From assembly GCA_030531205.1 (NCBI GenBank), contig JAUNOC010000007.1, positions 2,073-66,072 of the forward strand: a stretch of 64,000 nt of DNA. Reading direction: 5' to 3'. This stretch comes from Phascolarctobacterium sp. GTDB taxonomy: Bacteria; Bacillota; Negativicutes; Acidaminococcales; Acidaminococcaceae. The translations under genes were made by a program, and so were the position numbers. Positions 28,976 through 38,548 of the stretch are shown one piece after another (position 1 is the first letter of the stretch; each line of letters opens with the position of its first letter). Under the pieces are notes generated by a model. The model searched no databases. It was not told the origin of the DNA and worked only from the letters and a program-made list of their open reading frames with translations.

Positions 28976-29260
28976 ATGGTTACTAAAGAGGATGTAAAAT
29001 ACATCGCAGCGTTGAGCCGCTTGACTGTTCCCGAAAATGAATTGGAAAAATTCACCGAGCAGTTTAATCAGATTTTGGATTATGCGGACAAACTGCAGAA
29101 ATTGGACACCAAGGGGATTGAACCCACTGCTAATGTGCTTCCTGTGAGCAATGTATTCCGTGAGGATGTGGCGTTGCCCGGTGTGAGCCATGAGGATGCT
29201 TTGAAAAATGCTCCTGCAGAGCATAATGGGGGCTTTAAGGTTCCCCGTGTGTTGGAATAA
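28976..29260 (+). CDS. gatC: Asp/Glu-tRNA(Asn/Gln) amidotransferase subunit C
   Basis: ...[34 protein letters not shown]... is canonical GatC. The ATG at 28976 lies 7 nt after GGAG. A GTG at 28973 is also possible. Confidence 0.9.
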   Translation: MVTKEDVKYIAALSRLTVPENELEKFTEQFNQILDYADKLQKLDTKGIEPTANVLPVSNVFREDVALPGVSHEDALKNAPAEHNGGFKVPRVLE

Positions 29261-29271
29261 GGAGGGCTGCA

Positions 29272-30738
29272 ATGAACTTGTTTGAACTGACAGCCCACGA
29301 GGCACACGAAAAGTTAGTGAAAAAAGAGGTCAGCAGCGTTGAACTTACAAAGGCGTTGTTTGACCGTATTGATAAGGTGGAAAAGGATGTCCGTGCCTAT
29401 GTAACTTTGGACAGGGAGAATGCGCTTGCCCAAGCGAAAAAGGTGGATGACTTGTTGGCTGCCGGTAAGGCAGTTCCTGCTTTGGCAGGTGTGCCGGGGG
29501 CTATTAAAGATAATATTTCCACTTTGGGTTTGCGGACAACTTGTTCCAGCAAGATTTTGGAAAACTTTATTCCTATTTATGATGCTCATGTTATTGCCAA
29601 TCTCCGCAAGGATGAAACAATTTTCTTGGGCAAAACCAATTTGGATGAATTTGCTATGGGTTCCACTACGGAAACCAGTTATTTTGGTGCCAGCCACAAT
29701 CCTTGGAAATTAGATTGTGTGCCCGGTGGTTCCAGCGGTGGCAGTGCGGCTGCCATTGCGGCAGGTGAAGCGGTTTGGACTTTGGGCAGTGATACGGGCG
29801 GTTCCATTCGTCAGCCGGCATCATTCTGCGGTTGTGTTGGTTTGAAACCTACCTATGGTCGTGTAAGTCGTTACGGCTGTGTGGCGTTTGCTTCTTCTTT
29901 AGACCAGATTGGCCCCATCACCCGTGATGTTACGGATGCGGCTTTGGTGTTGAATACAATCTGTGGCAAGGATGTTCACGATGCTACCAGTTTGGATGTG
30001 GAAGTTCCTGATTTCACAAAGGCGTTGGTAGCGGATGTGAAGGGGATGAAGATTGGTCTGCCGAAAGAATATTTTAGCGAGGGTGTTGACCCGAAAGTTA
30101 AGGACTGCGTTATGGCGGCGGCAAAGAAGTTTGAGGAGATGGGGGCAACGATTGTTGATATTTCCCTGCCGCATACGGAATATGCTGTTACCACTTACTA
30201 TATCATTGCTCCGGCAGAGGCCAGTGCCAACCTTGCCCGCTTTGACGGTGTGCGTTACGGGCATAGGAATATGGAAGCGGCAAGCGCTCCCGAAATGACG
30301 GCTATAAGCCGTACTGAGGGCTTTGGTGCAGAGGTACGCCGCCGTATTATGTTGGGCACTTATGTTTTGAGCAGCGGGTATTACGATGCTTATTACAACA
30401 AGGCAATGCAAGTGAGAACTTTAATCCGCCGTGATTTTGAAGATGCCTTCAAGAAGGTGGATGTAATTCTTACTCCCACTTGCCCTGTAACTACTTTTAG
30501 TTATAGCGACAAGATGGATCCTTTGAGCATTTATATGTTGGATGTAAGCACTATCCCTGTGAATATGGCAGGGCTTCCCGGAATTTCCGTTCCTTGCGGT
30601 TTTGTGGACGGTAAGCCGGTGGGACTGCAACTGATTGGTAAGGTGTTGGATGAAAACAGTATTTTGCGTGCTGCCTTTACTTATGAGCAGGCAACTGATT
30701 TTCACAAACAATTTGCACCTTTGGGAGGTAACAAATAA
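29272..30738 (+). CDS. gatA: Glutamyl-tRNA(Gln) amidotransferase subunit A
   Basis: 488 aa. Amidase signature [12 protein letters not shown] and ...[12 protein letters not shown]... Confidence 0.95.
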   Translation: MNLFELTAHEAHEKLVKKEVSSVELTKALFDRIDKVEKDVRAYVTLDRENALAQAKKVDDLLAAGKAVPALAGVPGAIKDNISTLGLRTTCSSKILENFIPIYDAHVIANLRKDETIFLGKTNLDEFAMGSTTETSYFGASHNPWKLDCVPGGSSGGSAAAIAAGEAVWTLGSDTGGSIRQPASFCGCVGLKPTYGRVSRYGCVAFASSLDQIGPITRDVTDAALVLNTICGKDVHDATSLDVEVPDFTKALVADVKGMKIGLPKEYFSEGVDPKVKDCVMAAAKKFEEMGATIVDISLPHTEYAVTTYYIIAPAEASANLARFDGVRYGHRNMEAASAPEMTAISRTEGFGAEVRRRIMLGTYVLSSGYYDAYYNKAMQVRTLIRRDFEDAFKKVDVILTPTCPVTTFSYSDKMDPLSIYMLDVSTIPVNMAGLPGISVPCGFVDGKPVGLQLIGKVLDENSILRAAFTYEQATDFHKQFAPLGGNK

Positions 30739-32180
30739 TGGCTAAATATATTACAGTTATCGGCTTGGAAGTACATGCTGAATTGAAAACTAAATCCAAG
30801 GCGTTCTGCTCTTGTTCCACAGAGTTCGGCGCTACTCCCAATACTCATGTTTGCCCTGTGTGCTTGGGTATGCCAGGAGCGTTGCCGGTGTTGAACAAGC
30901 AGGTGGTAGAGTTTGCTATTCGTGCGGGTTTGGCTTTGAACTGCGAAATTCAAAAGTTCAATAAGTTTGACAGAAAAAATTATTTTTATCCTGACTTGGC
31001 AAAGAATTATCAAATTAGTCAGTGGGAAGAACCGATTTGCCTCAAGGGGCATATTGATATTAATGTGAATGGGGAGGAAAAGCGGATTGGTATTACCCGT
31101 ATTCACATGGAAGAAGATGCGGGGAAATTGGTACACAGCGGTGCCACTATTTCCACTTCCGACAGCAGTGCGGTGGACTATAACCGTGCCGGTGTTCCGT
31201 TGATTGAAATTGTGTCTGAGCCGGATATGCGGAGTGCGGAAGAAGCCCGTGCTTATATGGAGAACTTGAAAGCAATTTTGGAATACACGGATGTGTGCGA
31301 TTGCAAGATGCAGGAAGGTTCCTTGCGTTGTGATGCCAATATTTCCATTATGCCGGAAGGTGCAAAGGAATTTGGTACCCGTGCGGAAATTAAAAACTTG
31401 AATTCTTTTAAGGCATTGGTGCGTGCCATTGAATATGAAGTTGAGCGTCAGAAAGAGGTTATTGAAGATGGTGGTCATGTGGTGCAGGAAACCCGCACTT
31501 GGGATGATGCCAAAGGTGTAACTTTGAGTATGCGTTCCAAAGAGGAAGCCCATGATTACCGTTATTTCCCTGAACCGGATTTGGTGCCTGTGGAAATTGA
31601 TGATGCGTGGATTAATCGGGTTAAGAGTGAATTGCCGGAATTGCCGGTACAACGTCAGGCACGCTTGATGGAGCAGTTCGGTTTGCCGAGTTATGATGCG
31701 GGACTTTTGGTTTCTTCCAAAGCGATGGCAGAATATTTTGATAAGGCAGTTAAAACTGCCAAGGATGCGAAGGCGGTTTCCAACTGGCTTTTAGGTGATG
31801 TTTCCGCTTGGCTCAATAATGAGAATAAAGAGATTGGGGACTTTGTGGTTATACCGGAACATTTGGCAGAGTTGACAAATTTGGTTAAAGACGGAGTGTT
31901 GAGTTCCAAATTGGCAAAGAAAGTTTTTGCTGAAATGTTGAAGGGCAACAAGGCACCGAAAGATTTAGTTAAGGAATTGGGTTTGGAGCAGGTGAGTGAT
32001 ACGGGTGCCATTGAAAAATTTGTAGATGAGGCATTGGCAGAAAACCCGCAATCAGTTGCGGACTACAAGGCAGGCAAGGATAAGGCGATAGGTTTCTTGG
32101 TCGGACAGATTATGAAGAAATCCAAGGGCAAGGCAAATCCGGGCATGGTGCAGCAATTATTGAAGCAGAAACTTCAATAA
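30738..32180 (+). CDS. gatB: Asp/Glu-tRNA amidotransferase subunit B
   Basis: 480 aa. ...[18 protein letters not shown]... is canonical GatB. The start overlaps the gatA stop. Confidence 0.95.
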   Translation: MAKYITVIGLEVHAELKTKSKAFCSCSTEFGATPNTHVCPVCLGMPGALPVLNKQVVEFAIRAGLALNCEIQKFNKFDRKNYFYPDLAKNYQISQWEEPICLKGHIDINVNGEEKRIGITRIHMEEDAGKLVHSGATISTSDSSAVDYNRAGVPLIEIVSEPDMRSAEEARAYMENLKAILEYTDVCDCKMQEGSLRCDANISIMPEGAKEFGTRAEIKNLNSFKALVRAIEYEVERQKEVIEDGGHVVQETRTWDDAKGVTLSMRSKEEAHDYRYFPEPDLVPVEIDDAWINRVKSELPELPVQRQARLMEQFGLPSYDAGLLVSSKAMAEYFDKAVKTAKDAKAVSNWLLGDVSAWLNNENKEIGDFVVIPEHLAELTNLVKDGVLSSKLAKKVFAEMLKGNKAPKDLVKELGLEQVSDTGAIEKFVDEALAENPQSVADYKAGKDKAIGFLVGQIMKKSKGKANPGMVQQLLKQKLQ

Positions 32181-32282
32181 TTCAGGTTTCAGGTATTAGG
32201 TGTCAGGTTAGAGGATAAAGGAATTAGGATTCAGGATTTAGGGGAAGGATAAGGCGTAGAGCGTAGGGCATAAGGCATAGGG
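32181..32282. repeat. About 15 consecutive degenerate heptamers (TTCAGGT-type) immediately after the gatB stop
   Basis: TTCAGGT TTCAGGT ATTAGGT GTCAGGT TAGAGGA TAAAGGA ATTAGGA TTCAGGA TTTAGGG GAAGGAT AAGGCGT AGAGCGT AGGGCAT AAGGCAT AGGGAAG. Confidence 0.75.
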
Positions 32283-32541
32283 AAGGTAAGATGTTCCTGT
32301 GATTATAGCAGGAAAGTTGGCAGAGTGCGAATTCTCGTCCGCCCATTGAGGGGCGGGGAACCGCCTATGGGAGCGTGTTGGCGGTGGTGGGGTGGCGACT
32401 GCATAGCGAAAGTATCGCTTTAATCGCCACCCTCAGTCAGTTGCTACGCAACTGCCAGCCCCCTCTAAGGGGGCACGAGAGTCAGCATTGTGCTAAATTT
32501 TAATCATTTTAATCATTTTAATCAAAGGAACATATCACCAT
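32283..32541 (+). mobile_element. Complete 259-bp TIR-bounded non-coding element, copy E
   Basis: The left end AAGGTAAGATGTTCCTGTGATTATA matches the reverse complement of the right end, ATGGTGATATGTTCCTTTGATTA. The core shares modules with copies A1, A2, F and G. Confidence 0.75.
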
Positions 32542-32583
32542 AATTTTTCATTTTTAACTTTTAATTTTTAATTTTTAATTGTT
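32542..32583. repeat. Heptamer tract CATTTTT AACTTTT AATTTTT AATTTTT AATTGTT
   Basis: 7-nt periodicity. It is the reverse complement of the tract type at 24138-24165. Confidence 0.65.
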
Positions 32584-32597
32584 AAAGGAACAGAAGT

Positions 32598-35054
32598 ATG
32601 AAGTATGGTTTGACTTCCGCCGAGGCGAAGGCCTCGGCGGAATTATACGGGAAAAACACTTTATCCAGTTTGCCCAGGGCAACTTTTTGGGATAAGTTTA
32701 AGGACAATTTGCGTGACCCGATTATTGAAATTTTAATCGTGGCCTTGATAGCAGATTGTCTTTTTGCTTATATGGGTTACGGCGATTGGCTGGAAGTTTT
32801 GGGTATTTTAGTGGCAATTTTACTTGCCACTTTTGTTTCCACTTACTCGGAATATTCCAACGAAACTGCTTTCCAAAAATTGCAGGAGGAAGCCAGCCGC
32901 ATTTATTGTCGGGTGTGGCGGGATGGGGAACCTACGCAGATTCGCATTGATGAACTTGTAGTTGGTGATGTGATTATGCTGGGGGCAGGTGATAAGATCC
33001 CTGTGGACGGTGTACTGGTGAAAGGGAATTTAGGCCTTGACCAAAGTGCGTTGAACGGAGAAAGTGATGAGGCGGAAAAGGTTGTTGCCCCCACCGATTT
33101 TCAATGGGACGGTAAAATTGATTTTCTCAATGAGTACCGGTTATATCGTGGCAGCGTGGTGGTCAGCGGTGATGCCATAATGGTTGCCAAATGTGTTGGG
33201 GATAATAGCGTTTACGGTCAGCTGACTAAGGAACTGCAGATTGAGGAGCGTCCAAGCCCTTTGAAAATTAAACTGGAGCATCTTGCCAAGCAGATTGCTA
33301 AATTTGGGTATGCCGCAGGTTTTCTGATTGCGGCGGCGGTATTCATAGAGAAATATTTGGCAAAGGAAAATTATTTTGCCCAACCTATGCAGATTATTGG
33401 CGGAGATATGGTCAGTGCCATTATTGTGGGTATTGTTATTATTGTAATGGCGGTGCCGGAGGGGCTGCCTTTAATGATTGCCATTGTCAGCAGTTTGAAT
33501 ATGAAAAAGATGTTGCATGACAATGTGCTGGTGCGGAAATTGGTAGGTATTGAAACAGCAGGCAGTTTGAATTTGCTTTTTACAGATAAGACGGGGACTA
33601 TTACCAAAGGGCATTTGGAAGTTGTGAATTTTCTTACGGGCAACCGTGAAGAGTTCAAAACTTTTGCAGAATTGCCGGCAACGATAAAGAAATATACTTA
33701 TGAAAATATTGTGGTGAATACGAGTGCCACCGTGACGGAAGATGCCATTCTTGGCGGCAATATGACGGAGAAGGCACTTTCGGATTATATCGGAAAATAT
33801 CGTACAGGGGTTCCCCAACGGTTGCAGTTCCGTCCTTTTAATTCAGCTGATAAATATAGTTTGGCAGTAACAGATGGAATGGAGAAATTGTTAGTGAAGG
33901 GTGCGCCGGAAAAACTTTTGCTCAGTACAGATTACTATTGGGATAAAGACGGGCAACGTCAGATATTGACGGATGCCATGAAGCAGAACCTGGATTACCG
34001 TATGGTAGAATTGGCACGGCAGGCAATCCGTATGTTGGCACTTTGCACAGCAGAGCAGGAACAGAATGGTGTGGAGAAGGGACTGACATTAGTAGGCATT
34101 CTCTGTATTCGTGACGAAGTCCGTGCTGAGGCGGTGAGTGCAATTAAAGCAGTACAGGATGCGGGTGTACAGGTGGTTATGATTACAGGGGACAGAAAAG
34201 AAACCGCCGCCGCTATTGCCAAAGATGCAGGATTGCTTCGTCATCCGGAAGAATTGGTGTGGACGAGTGCAGAGTTAGCCGCTTTTAGTGATGAGGAAGT
34301 AAAATTGATGTTGCCCAAACTGCGGGTGGTGGCACGGGCGTTGCCAATGGACAAGAGCCGCTTGGTGCGTATTGCACAGGAACTCAATTTAGTTGTTGGT
34401 ATGACGGGCGATGGTGTGAATGATTCGCCTGCATTGAAAATGTCCGATGTTGGTTTTGCTATGGGCAGCGGTACGGATGTGGCGAAGGAAGCGGGCGACA
34501 TTGTTATTCTTGATGATAATTTTTTAAGTATCAAACAAGCAATTCTTTATGGTCGTACTATTTATAAATCCATCTGCAAATTTGTTACCTTCCAACTGAC
34601 TATCAATGTGGGGGCGGTGGCAGTGAATTTAATTGCACCTTTCTTGGGAGTGGAACATCCTTTAACGATTATTCAAATTCTTTGGATTAATTTGGTGATG
34701 GATACTTTGGCTGCCATTGCTTTTGGCGGCGAGCCGGCTTTGGAAAAGTATTTGCAGGAAGTGCCAAAAAAGCGGACGGAGCGGATAGTCAGCCGTTCTA
34801 TGTTGACACATATTGGCATTGCCGGTGCGGTAACTTTACTGGTATTCAGTTATTTTGTGCCGGAGAGCCGACACATCTATTTTGAAAATGGCATTTTCTT
34901 TACCGTTTTCATTTTGCTGGCTGTTGTCAATGCCTTCGTGGTGCGGGCAAACGGTTGGCGGGTGTGGGAAGGTTTGAGTAAGAATAGGGGCTTTTTGTCC
35001 ATAATGTTTTTGATTGTGGTAGTTCAAGTCGCACTTTTGAAAATTGTATATTAG
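32598..35054 (+). CDS. Cation-transporting P-type ATPase (Ca2+-ATPase-like, P2 type)
   Basis: 818 aa. DKTGTIT phosphorylation motif, TGDGVNDSPALK hinge motif, multiple TM segments. Confidence 0.9.
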   Translation: MKYGLTSAEAKASAELYGKNTLSSLPRATFWDKFKDNLRDPIIEILIVALIADCLFAYMGYGDWLEVLGILVAILLATFVSTYSEYSNETAFQKLQEEASRIYCRVWRDGEPTQIRIDELVVGDVIMLGAGDKIPVDGVLVKGNLGLDQSALNGESDEAEKVVAPTDFQWDGKIDFLNEYRLYRGSVVVSGDAIMVAKCVGDNSVYGQLTKELQIEERPSPLKIKLEHLAKQIAKFGYAAGFLIAAAVFIEKYLAKENYFAQPMQIIGGDMVSAIIVGIVIIVMAVPEGLPLMIAIVSSLNMKKMLHDNVLVRKLVGIETAGSLNLLFTDKTGTITKGHLEVVNFLTGNREEFKTFAELPATIKKYTYENIVVNTSATVTEDAILGGNMTEKALSDYIGKYRTGVPQRLQFRPFNSADKYSLAVTDGMEKLLVKGAPEKLLLSTDYYWDKDGQRQILTDAMKQNLDYRMVELARQAIRMLALCTAEQEQNGVEKGLTLVGILCIRDEVRAEAVSAIKAVQDAGVQVVMITGDRKETAAAIAKDAGLLRHPEELVWTSAELAAFSDEEVKLMLPKLRVVARALPMDKSRLVRIAQELNLVVGMTGDGVNDSPALKMSDVGFAMGSGTDVAKEAGDIVILDDNFLSIKQAILYGRTIYKSICKFVTFQLTINVGAVAVNLIAPFLGVEHPLTIIQILWINLVMDTLAAIAFGGEPALEKYLQEVPKKRTERIVSRSMLTHIGIAGAVTLLVFSYFVPESRHIYFENGIFFTVFILLAVVNAFVVRANGWRVWEGLSKNRGFLSIMFLIVVVQVALLKIVY

Positions 35055-35077
35055 TTACAAAATTTTATATATTTTTC

Positions 35078-35106
35078 TTGCAATTATATAAATATTAGTA
35101 TAAAAT
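35078..35106 (+). promoter_or_regulatory. Promoter abutting the yigZ start
   Basis: TTGCAA (35078-35083), 17-nt spacer, TAAAAT (35101-35106). Confidence 0.5.
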
Positions 35107-35745
35107 ATGAACGCTATGGAAATTTTTACCATCGCTAAAGATGTTAAAAACGAGATAGTAATTGAAAAAAGTCGTTTTATTTGTACTTTGAAAAAAGTGC
35201 AGACGGAAGCGGAAGCCCAGGATTTTATCAAAGCTATCAAGAAAGAATATTGGAATGCTACCCACAACTGCAGTGCTTATTTGCTGAATGAGCAGGCACA
35301 AAGGTCAAGCGATGACGGGGAGCCAAGCGGTACAGCAGGCATACCTATGTTGGAAGTGTTGCGTAAGAAAAATGTTCAAGGTGTGGCTGCGGTGGTAACC
35401 CGTTATTTTGGCGGGGTAAAGTTGGGCGCAGGTGGTTTGGTAAGGGCATATACTAATTCTGTGGCAGAGGCAATTAAAAAAGCAGGCCGTGCCAAGAGAG
35501 TGGAATTGGGTGTTTTTGTTTTTACAGTCAACCCCAACGATTCGGGAAAAATTTTAAATATGCTTTATGCTGACAATCGCTATGCAATTAAGCAGGTGGC
35601 TTATGAGGAAAGAACAAAAATTACTTTCCTTATCACCAAAGATGAACAGCAAGAGGCAGAACAATATTTGACACAACTTTTGCAGATGTCGGTGGAACTG
35701 GAGTTTGTGGAAAGTCAATTCACAGAGATTGCAGTGGAACAGTGA
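35107..35745 (+). CDS. yigZ: IMPACT/YigZ family protein
   Basis: ...IEKSRFI...ATHNCSAY...DDGEPSGTAG.PML... is canonical YigZ. The true start is more likely the ATG at 35116, because 35107 abuts the -10 box. Confidence 0.85.
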   Translation: MNAMEIFTIAKDVKNEIVIEKSRFICTLKKVQTEAEAQDFIKAIKKEYWNATHNCSAYLLNEQAQRSSDDGEPSGTAGIPMLEVLRKKNVQGVAAVVTRYFGGVKLGAGGLVRAYTNSVAEAIKKAGRAKRVELGVFVFTVNPNDSGKILNMLYADNRYAIKQVAYEERTKITFLITKDEQQEAEQYLTQLLQMSVELEFVESQFTEIAVEQ

Positions 35746-35752
35746 GAGGAAT

Positions 35753-36724
35753 ATGATTAGAGCATTTCACACAACTTGGAATTTTTTGAAATCAATGGTT
35801 TGCAGGGATAAGACCTACTCTGTTATGGTGGTACCTAACGACGGTGGGGAAATGAGCAACCATGATTTTGATGGCAATGAGGTACGCACCCTGATTAATG
35901 TTATAGCAGGTGTGGTGGCTTTCATTGCTTTTAGTGTTGGCACAATGTATTATGTCATTTACACAGGTTGGGCGGACAGAAATGAACTGAAAGAATATTA
36001 CGCTGCCAAAGAAATACAGGACAAGCGGTTGGAAGATTTGCAGAATTTGACCGATAATGTGCAGAAAGAATTGGCAGAACTGCAACAGATGAAAAAAGAT
36101 GTTATCAGAGAGATGAAGAAGGCAGGCATGGAACCGCCGACTTTGGCAGATGAGAAGGATAAACGCAGTGGCAAGGGTGGACCGATCTTTGGACTTACAG
36201 ACCGCATGGGTTCCAAAATGCGTGTTTTGGAAGAACAGAATGAGAACCTTGCTTTCAATATTGAGATTGATAAACAAGATATAAAGAAACTGTATAAAGT
36301 AATTCGTCAAGACAACTACAAGAAAGAAGTAACTCCGGATATTTGGCCTGTGGATAATGGTTGGATTTCCAGTGAGTTTGGTCGTAGGCAAGACCCTGTA
36401 ACTGGTGCGTGGGGTGATTTCCATCCCGGTCTTGATATTGCTGCACCTTATGGCGAACCGGTATATGCCGGAGCCAGCGGCAGGGTAACTCATGCAGGTT
36501 GGTACAGTGGCTATGGCAAATATATTGAGATTGAACATGATTACGGTTATAGCACTGCTTACGGACATTTAAGCACTATTGCGGTGAATGTGAATGCCTA
36601 TGTAGTAAAAGGGCAGTTCATTGGTAGGGTTGGCAGTACGGGTTATTCCACAGGACCACATCTGCATTACGAGGTAATTCTTTGGGGCGAACAGATTAAT
36701 CCGCGTGGTATGATCAAAAGATAG
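35753..36724 (+). CDS. M23 family (LytM-type) peptidoglycan metallopeptidase with N-terminal TM and coiled-coil
   Basis: HPGLDIAAPYG...GRVGSTGYSTGPHLHYEV motifs. The ATG at 35753 follows the yigZ stop. Confidence 0.88.
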   Translation: MIRAFHTTWNFLKSMVCRDKTYSVMVVPNDGGEMSNHDFDGNEVRTLINVIAGVVAFIAFSVGTMYYVIYTGWADRNELKEYYAAKEIQDKRLEDLQNLTDNVQKELAELQQMKKDVIREMKKAGMEPPTLADEKDKRSGKGGPIFGLTDRMGSKMRVLEEQNENLAFNIEIDKQDIKKLYKVIRQDNYKKEVTPDIWPVDNGWISSEFGRRQDPVTGAWGDFHPGLDIAAPYGEPVYAGASGRVTHAGWYSGYGKYIEIEHDYGYSTAYGHLSTIAVNVNAYVVKGQFIGRVGSTGYSTGPHLHYEVILWGEQINPRGMIKR

Positions 36725-36747
36725 CATTAGGGTGAACTTTTATAAAC

Positions 36748-36786
36748 ATAATCACTGGAACTAATTACCATGATTTTTAATTTTTG
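36748..36786. repeat. Solo degenerate element TIR plus a short heptamer tract
   Basis: The reverse complement of 36748-36771 is ATGGTAATTAGTTCCAGTGATTAT, which matches the family TIR. It is followed by GATTTTT AATTTTT. Confidence 0.5.
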
Positions 36787-36816
36787 AAAGGGCTTCAATT
36801 TTGAAGCCCTTTTGTG
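36787..36816 (+). terminator. Rho-independent terminator after the M23 peptidase gene
   Basis: AAAGGGCTTCAA / TTGAAGCCCTTT hairpin followed by a T-rich run. Confidence 0.7.
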
Positions 36817-36828
36817 TAAGGAGCAAAT

Positions 36829-37467
36829 ATGCGTTTGAGAAAAAAACCTTGGATTGAAAAAGCGATGGATGCTGTGCGTGGCAAAACTTTGTTGGACCAA
36901 GATTTAGATAAGATGCAGGGGCATTGGCAGGAGTTGTTCCCCGGCAAAAGATTATGTTTGGAGATTGGTTGTGGCAAGGGCAAATTTGTTATTGGAATGG
37001 CGAAACTGCATCCGGAGTGCGCTTTTGTTGCAGTGGAGAGCCAACATGATATTGCCTTTTATCCGGCACGGGCGGCATTGGAAGATGAACTAAATAATGT
37101 GCGGGTCATTCATGCCGATGCGGCCGGGCTTTTGGAATGGTTTGCCCCGGGGGAGATTAAAGAAATATATCTAAACTTCAGCGACCCGTGGCCGAAGGCA
37201 AGGCACGCCAAACGGCGGCTTACTTACCGAAAATTTCTGGAAATTTATAGGCAACTTTTGGGCAAGGGCGGTCGTTTGCGTTTTAAGACGGACAACAAAG
37301 ATTTATTTGAGTTCAGTTTGGAAGAATTTGCCGAGGTGGGAGTGAAGATAGTGCAACTCACCCGTGATTTGCATAACAGTACGGTTGTAAACGAAGTGCA
37401 GACCGAGTATGAAGAAAAGTTTAGTGCGAAGGGCAACAAGATTTACTTTGTGGAAGTGGAGTTTTAA
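36829..37467 (+). CDS. trmB: tRNA (guanine46-N7)-methyltransferase
   Basis: 212 aa. ...LEIGCGKGKF... SAM-binding motif and ...NFSDPWPK... are canonical TrmB. Confidence 0.92.
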   Translation: MRLRKKPWIEKAMDAVRGKTLLDQDLDKMQGHWQELFPGKRLCLEIGCGKGKFVIGMAKLHPECAFVAVESQHDIAFYPARAALEDELNNVRVIHADAAGLLEWFAPGEIKEIYLNFSDPWPKARHAKRRLTYRKFLEIYRQLLGKGGRLRFKTDNKDLFEFSLEEFAEVGVKIVQLTRDLHNSTVVNEVQTEYEEKFSAKGNKIYFVEVEF

Positions 37468-37474
37468 GTTGCCG

Positions 37475-37503
37475 TTGACTTAATAGCGTATATAGGGTAA
37501 GAT
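37475..37503 (+). promoter_or_regulatory. metN promoter placed for a leaderless transcript
   Basis: TTGACT (37475-37480), 17-nt spacer, TAAGAT (37498-37503). The ATG is at 37511 and there is no SD. Confidence 0.55.
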
Positions 37504-37510
37504 ATACATT

Positions 37511-38548
37511 ATGATTAAATTAGAGAATGTAGAAAAAACATATTTTAGCAAAGCGGGGGATGTTCACGCTTTGAAACCGGTATCCTTAGAAGTTCAACAG
37601 GGAGAGATTTTTGGTATTATCGGTTTGAGCGGTGCGGGTAAGAGTACCCTTGTGCGTTGTATCAATATGTTGGAAAAACCCACTGGCGGCAAGGTTTTCG
37701 TGGACGGGGAAGAAATGACTGCTATGACGGAAGAAGAACTTCGCCATGCCCGTCAGACCATTGGTATGATTTTCCAACATTTTAATTTGCTTGCCAGCCG
37801 TACGGTAAGACAGAATATTGCTTTTCCTTTAGAGATTCAAGGAAAAGATAAAGCATATATTGCTAAACGGGTTGAAGAAATGTTGGAACTGGTGCAGTTG
37901 GAAGGTCGTGGCGATTATTATCCCAGTCAGCTTAGTGGCGGTCAAAAACAAAGAGTAGGCATTGCCCGTGCTTTGGCATCCGACCCTAAAGTTTTGCTCT
38001 GTGACGAGGCCACCAGTGCTTTGGACCCGGCAACTACCAAGTCCATTTTGGAATTGTTGAAAGAGATTAACAAAAAATTAGGATTGACCATTGTGATGAT
38101 TACCCATCAAATGGAAGTGGTAAAGCAAATTTGCGACCGGGTGGCAGTAATTGAAAATGGTGTGATTGTGGAAGAAGGCAGTATGATTAATGTTTTCACC
38201 AATCCGCAACATCCGACGACAAAAAGTTTTACTGCCGCAGTAACCAACGCAGAATTACCTGAGATGGTAAAACAAATGAATCTTAAGCAAGAATATACAC
38301 CTGGCACAAAATTGATAACCCGTATTTCCTTTATTGGCGATTTGGCAGGGGAACCGATTATCAGTGGCATGGTAAAGAAATTTGATGTGGACGTTTCCAT
38401 TCTTTATGGAAATATAGACCAGTTAAAAGATACGGCTTATGGCACTTTGATTTTAGAAGTAAGCGGCGACGAAACTGCTTTGAGGGCGGCACATGCTTAC
38501 TTACAAGACAAGGGTGTTAAGGGGGAGGTGATTGGCTTTGAGTCCTGA
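37511..38548 (+). CDS. metN: Methionine ABC transporter ATP-binding protein
   Basis: 345 aa. GLSGAGKST Walker A, LSGGQKQR signature, C-terminal NIL/ACT-like domain. Confidence 0.92.
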   Translation: MIKLENVEKTYFSKAGDVHALKPVSLEVQQGEIFGIIGLSGAGKSTLVRCINMLEKPTGGKVFVDGEEMTAMTEEELRHARQTIGMIFQHFNLLASRTVRQNIAFPLEIQGKDKAYIAKRVEEMLELVQLEGRGDYYPSQLSGGQKQRVGIARALASDPKVLLCDEATSALDPATTKSILELLKEINKKLGLTIVMITHQMEVVKQICDRVAVIENGVIVEEGSMINVFTNPQHPTTKSFTAAVTNAELPEMVKQMNLKQEYTPGTKLITRISFIGDLAGEPIISGMVKKFDVDVSILYGNIDQLKDTAYGTLILEVSGDETALRAAHAYLQDKGVKGEVIGFES

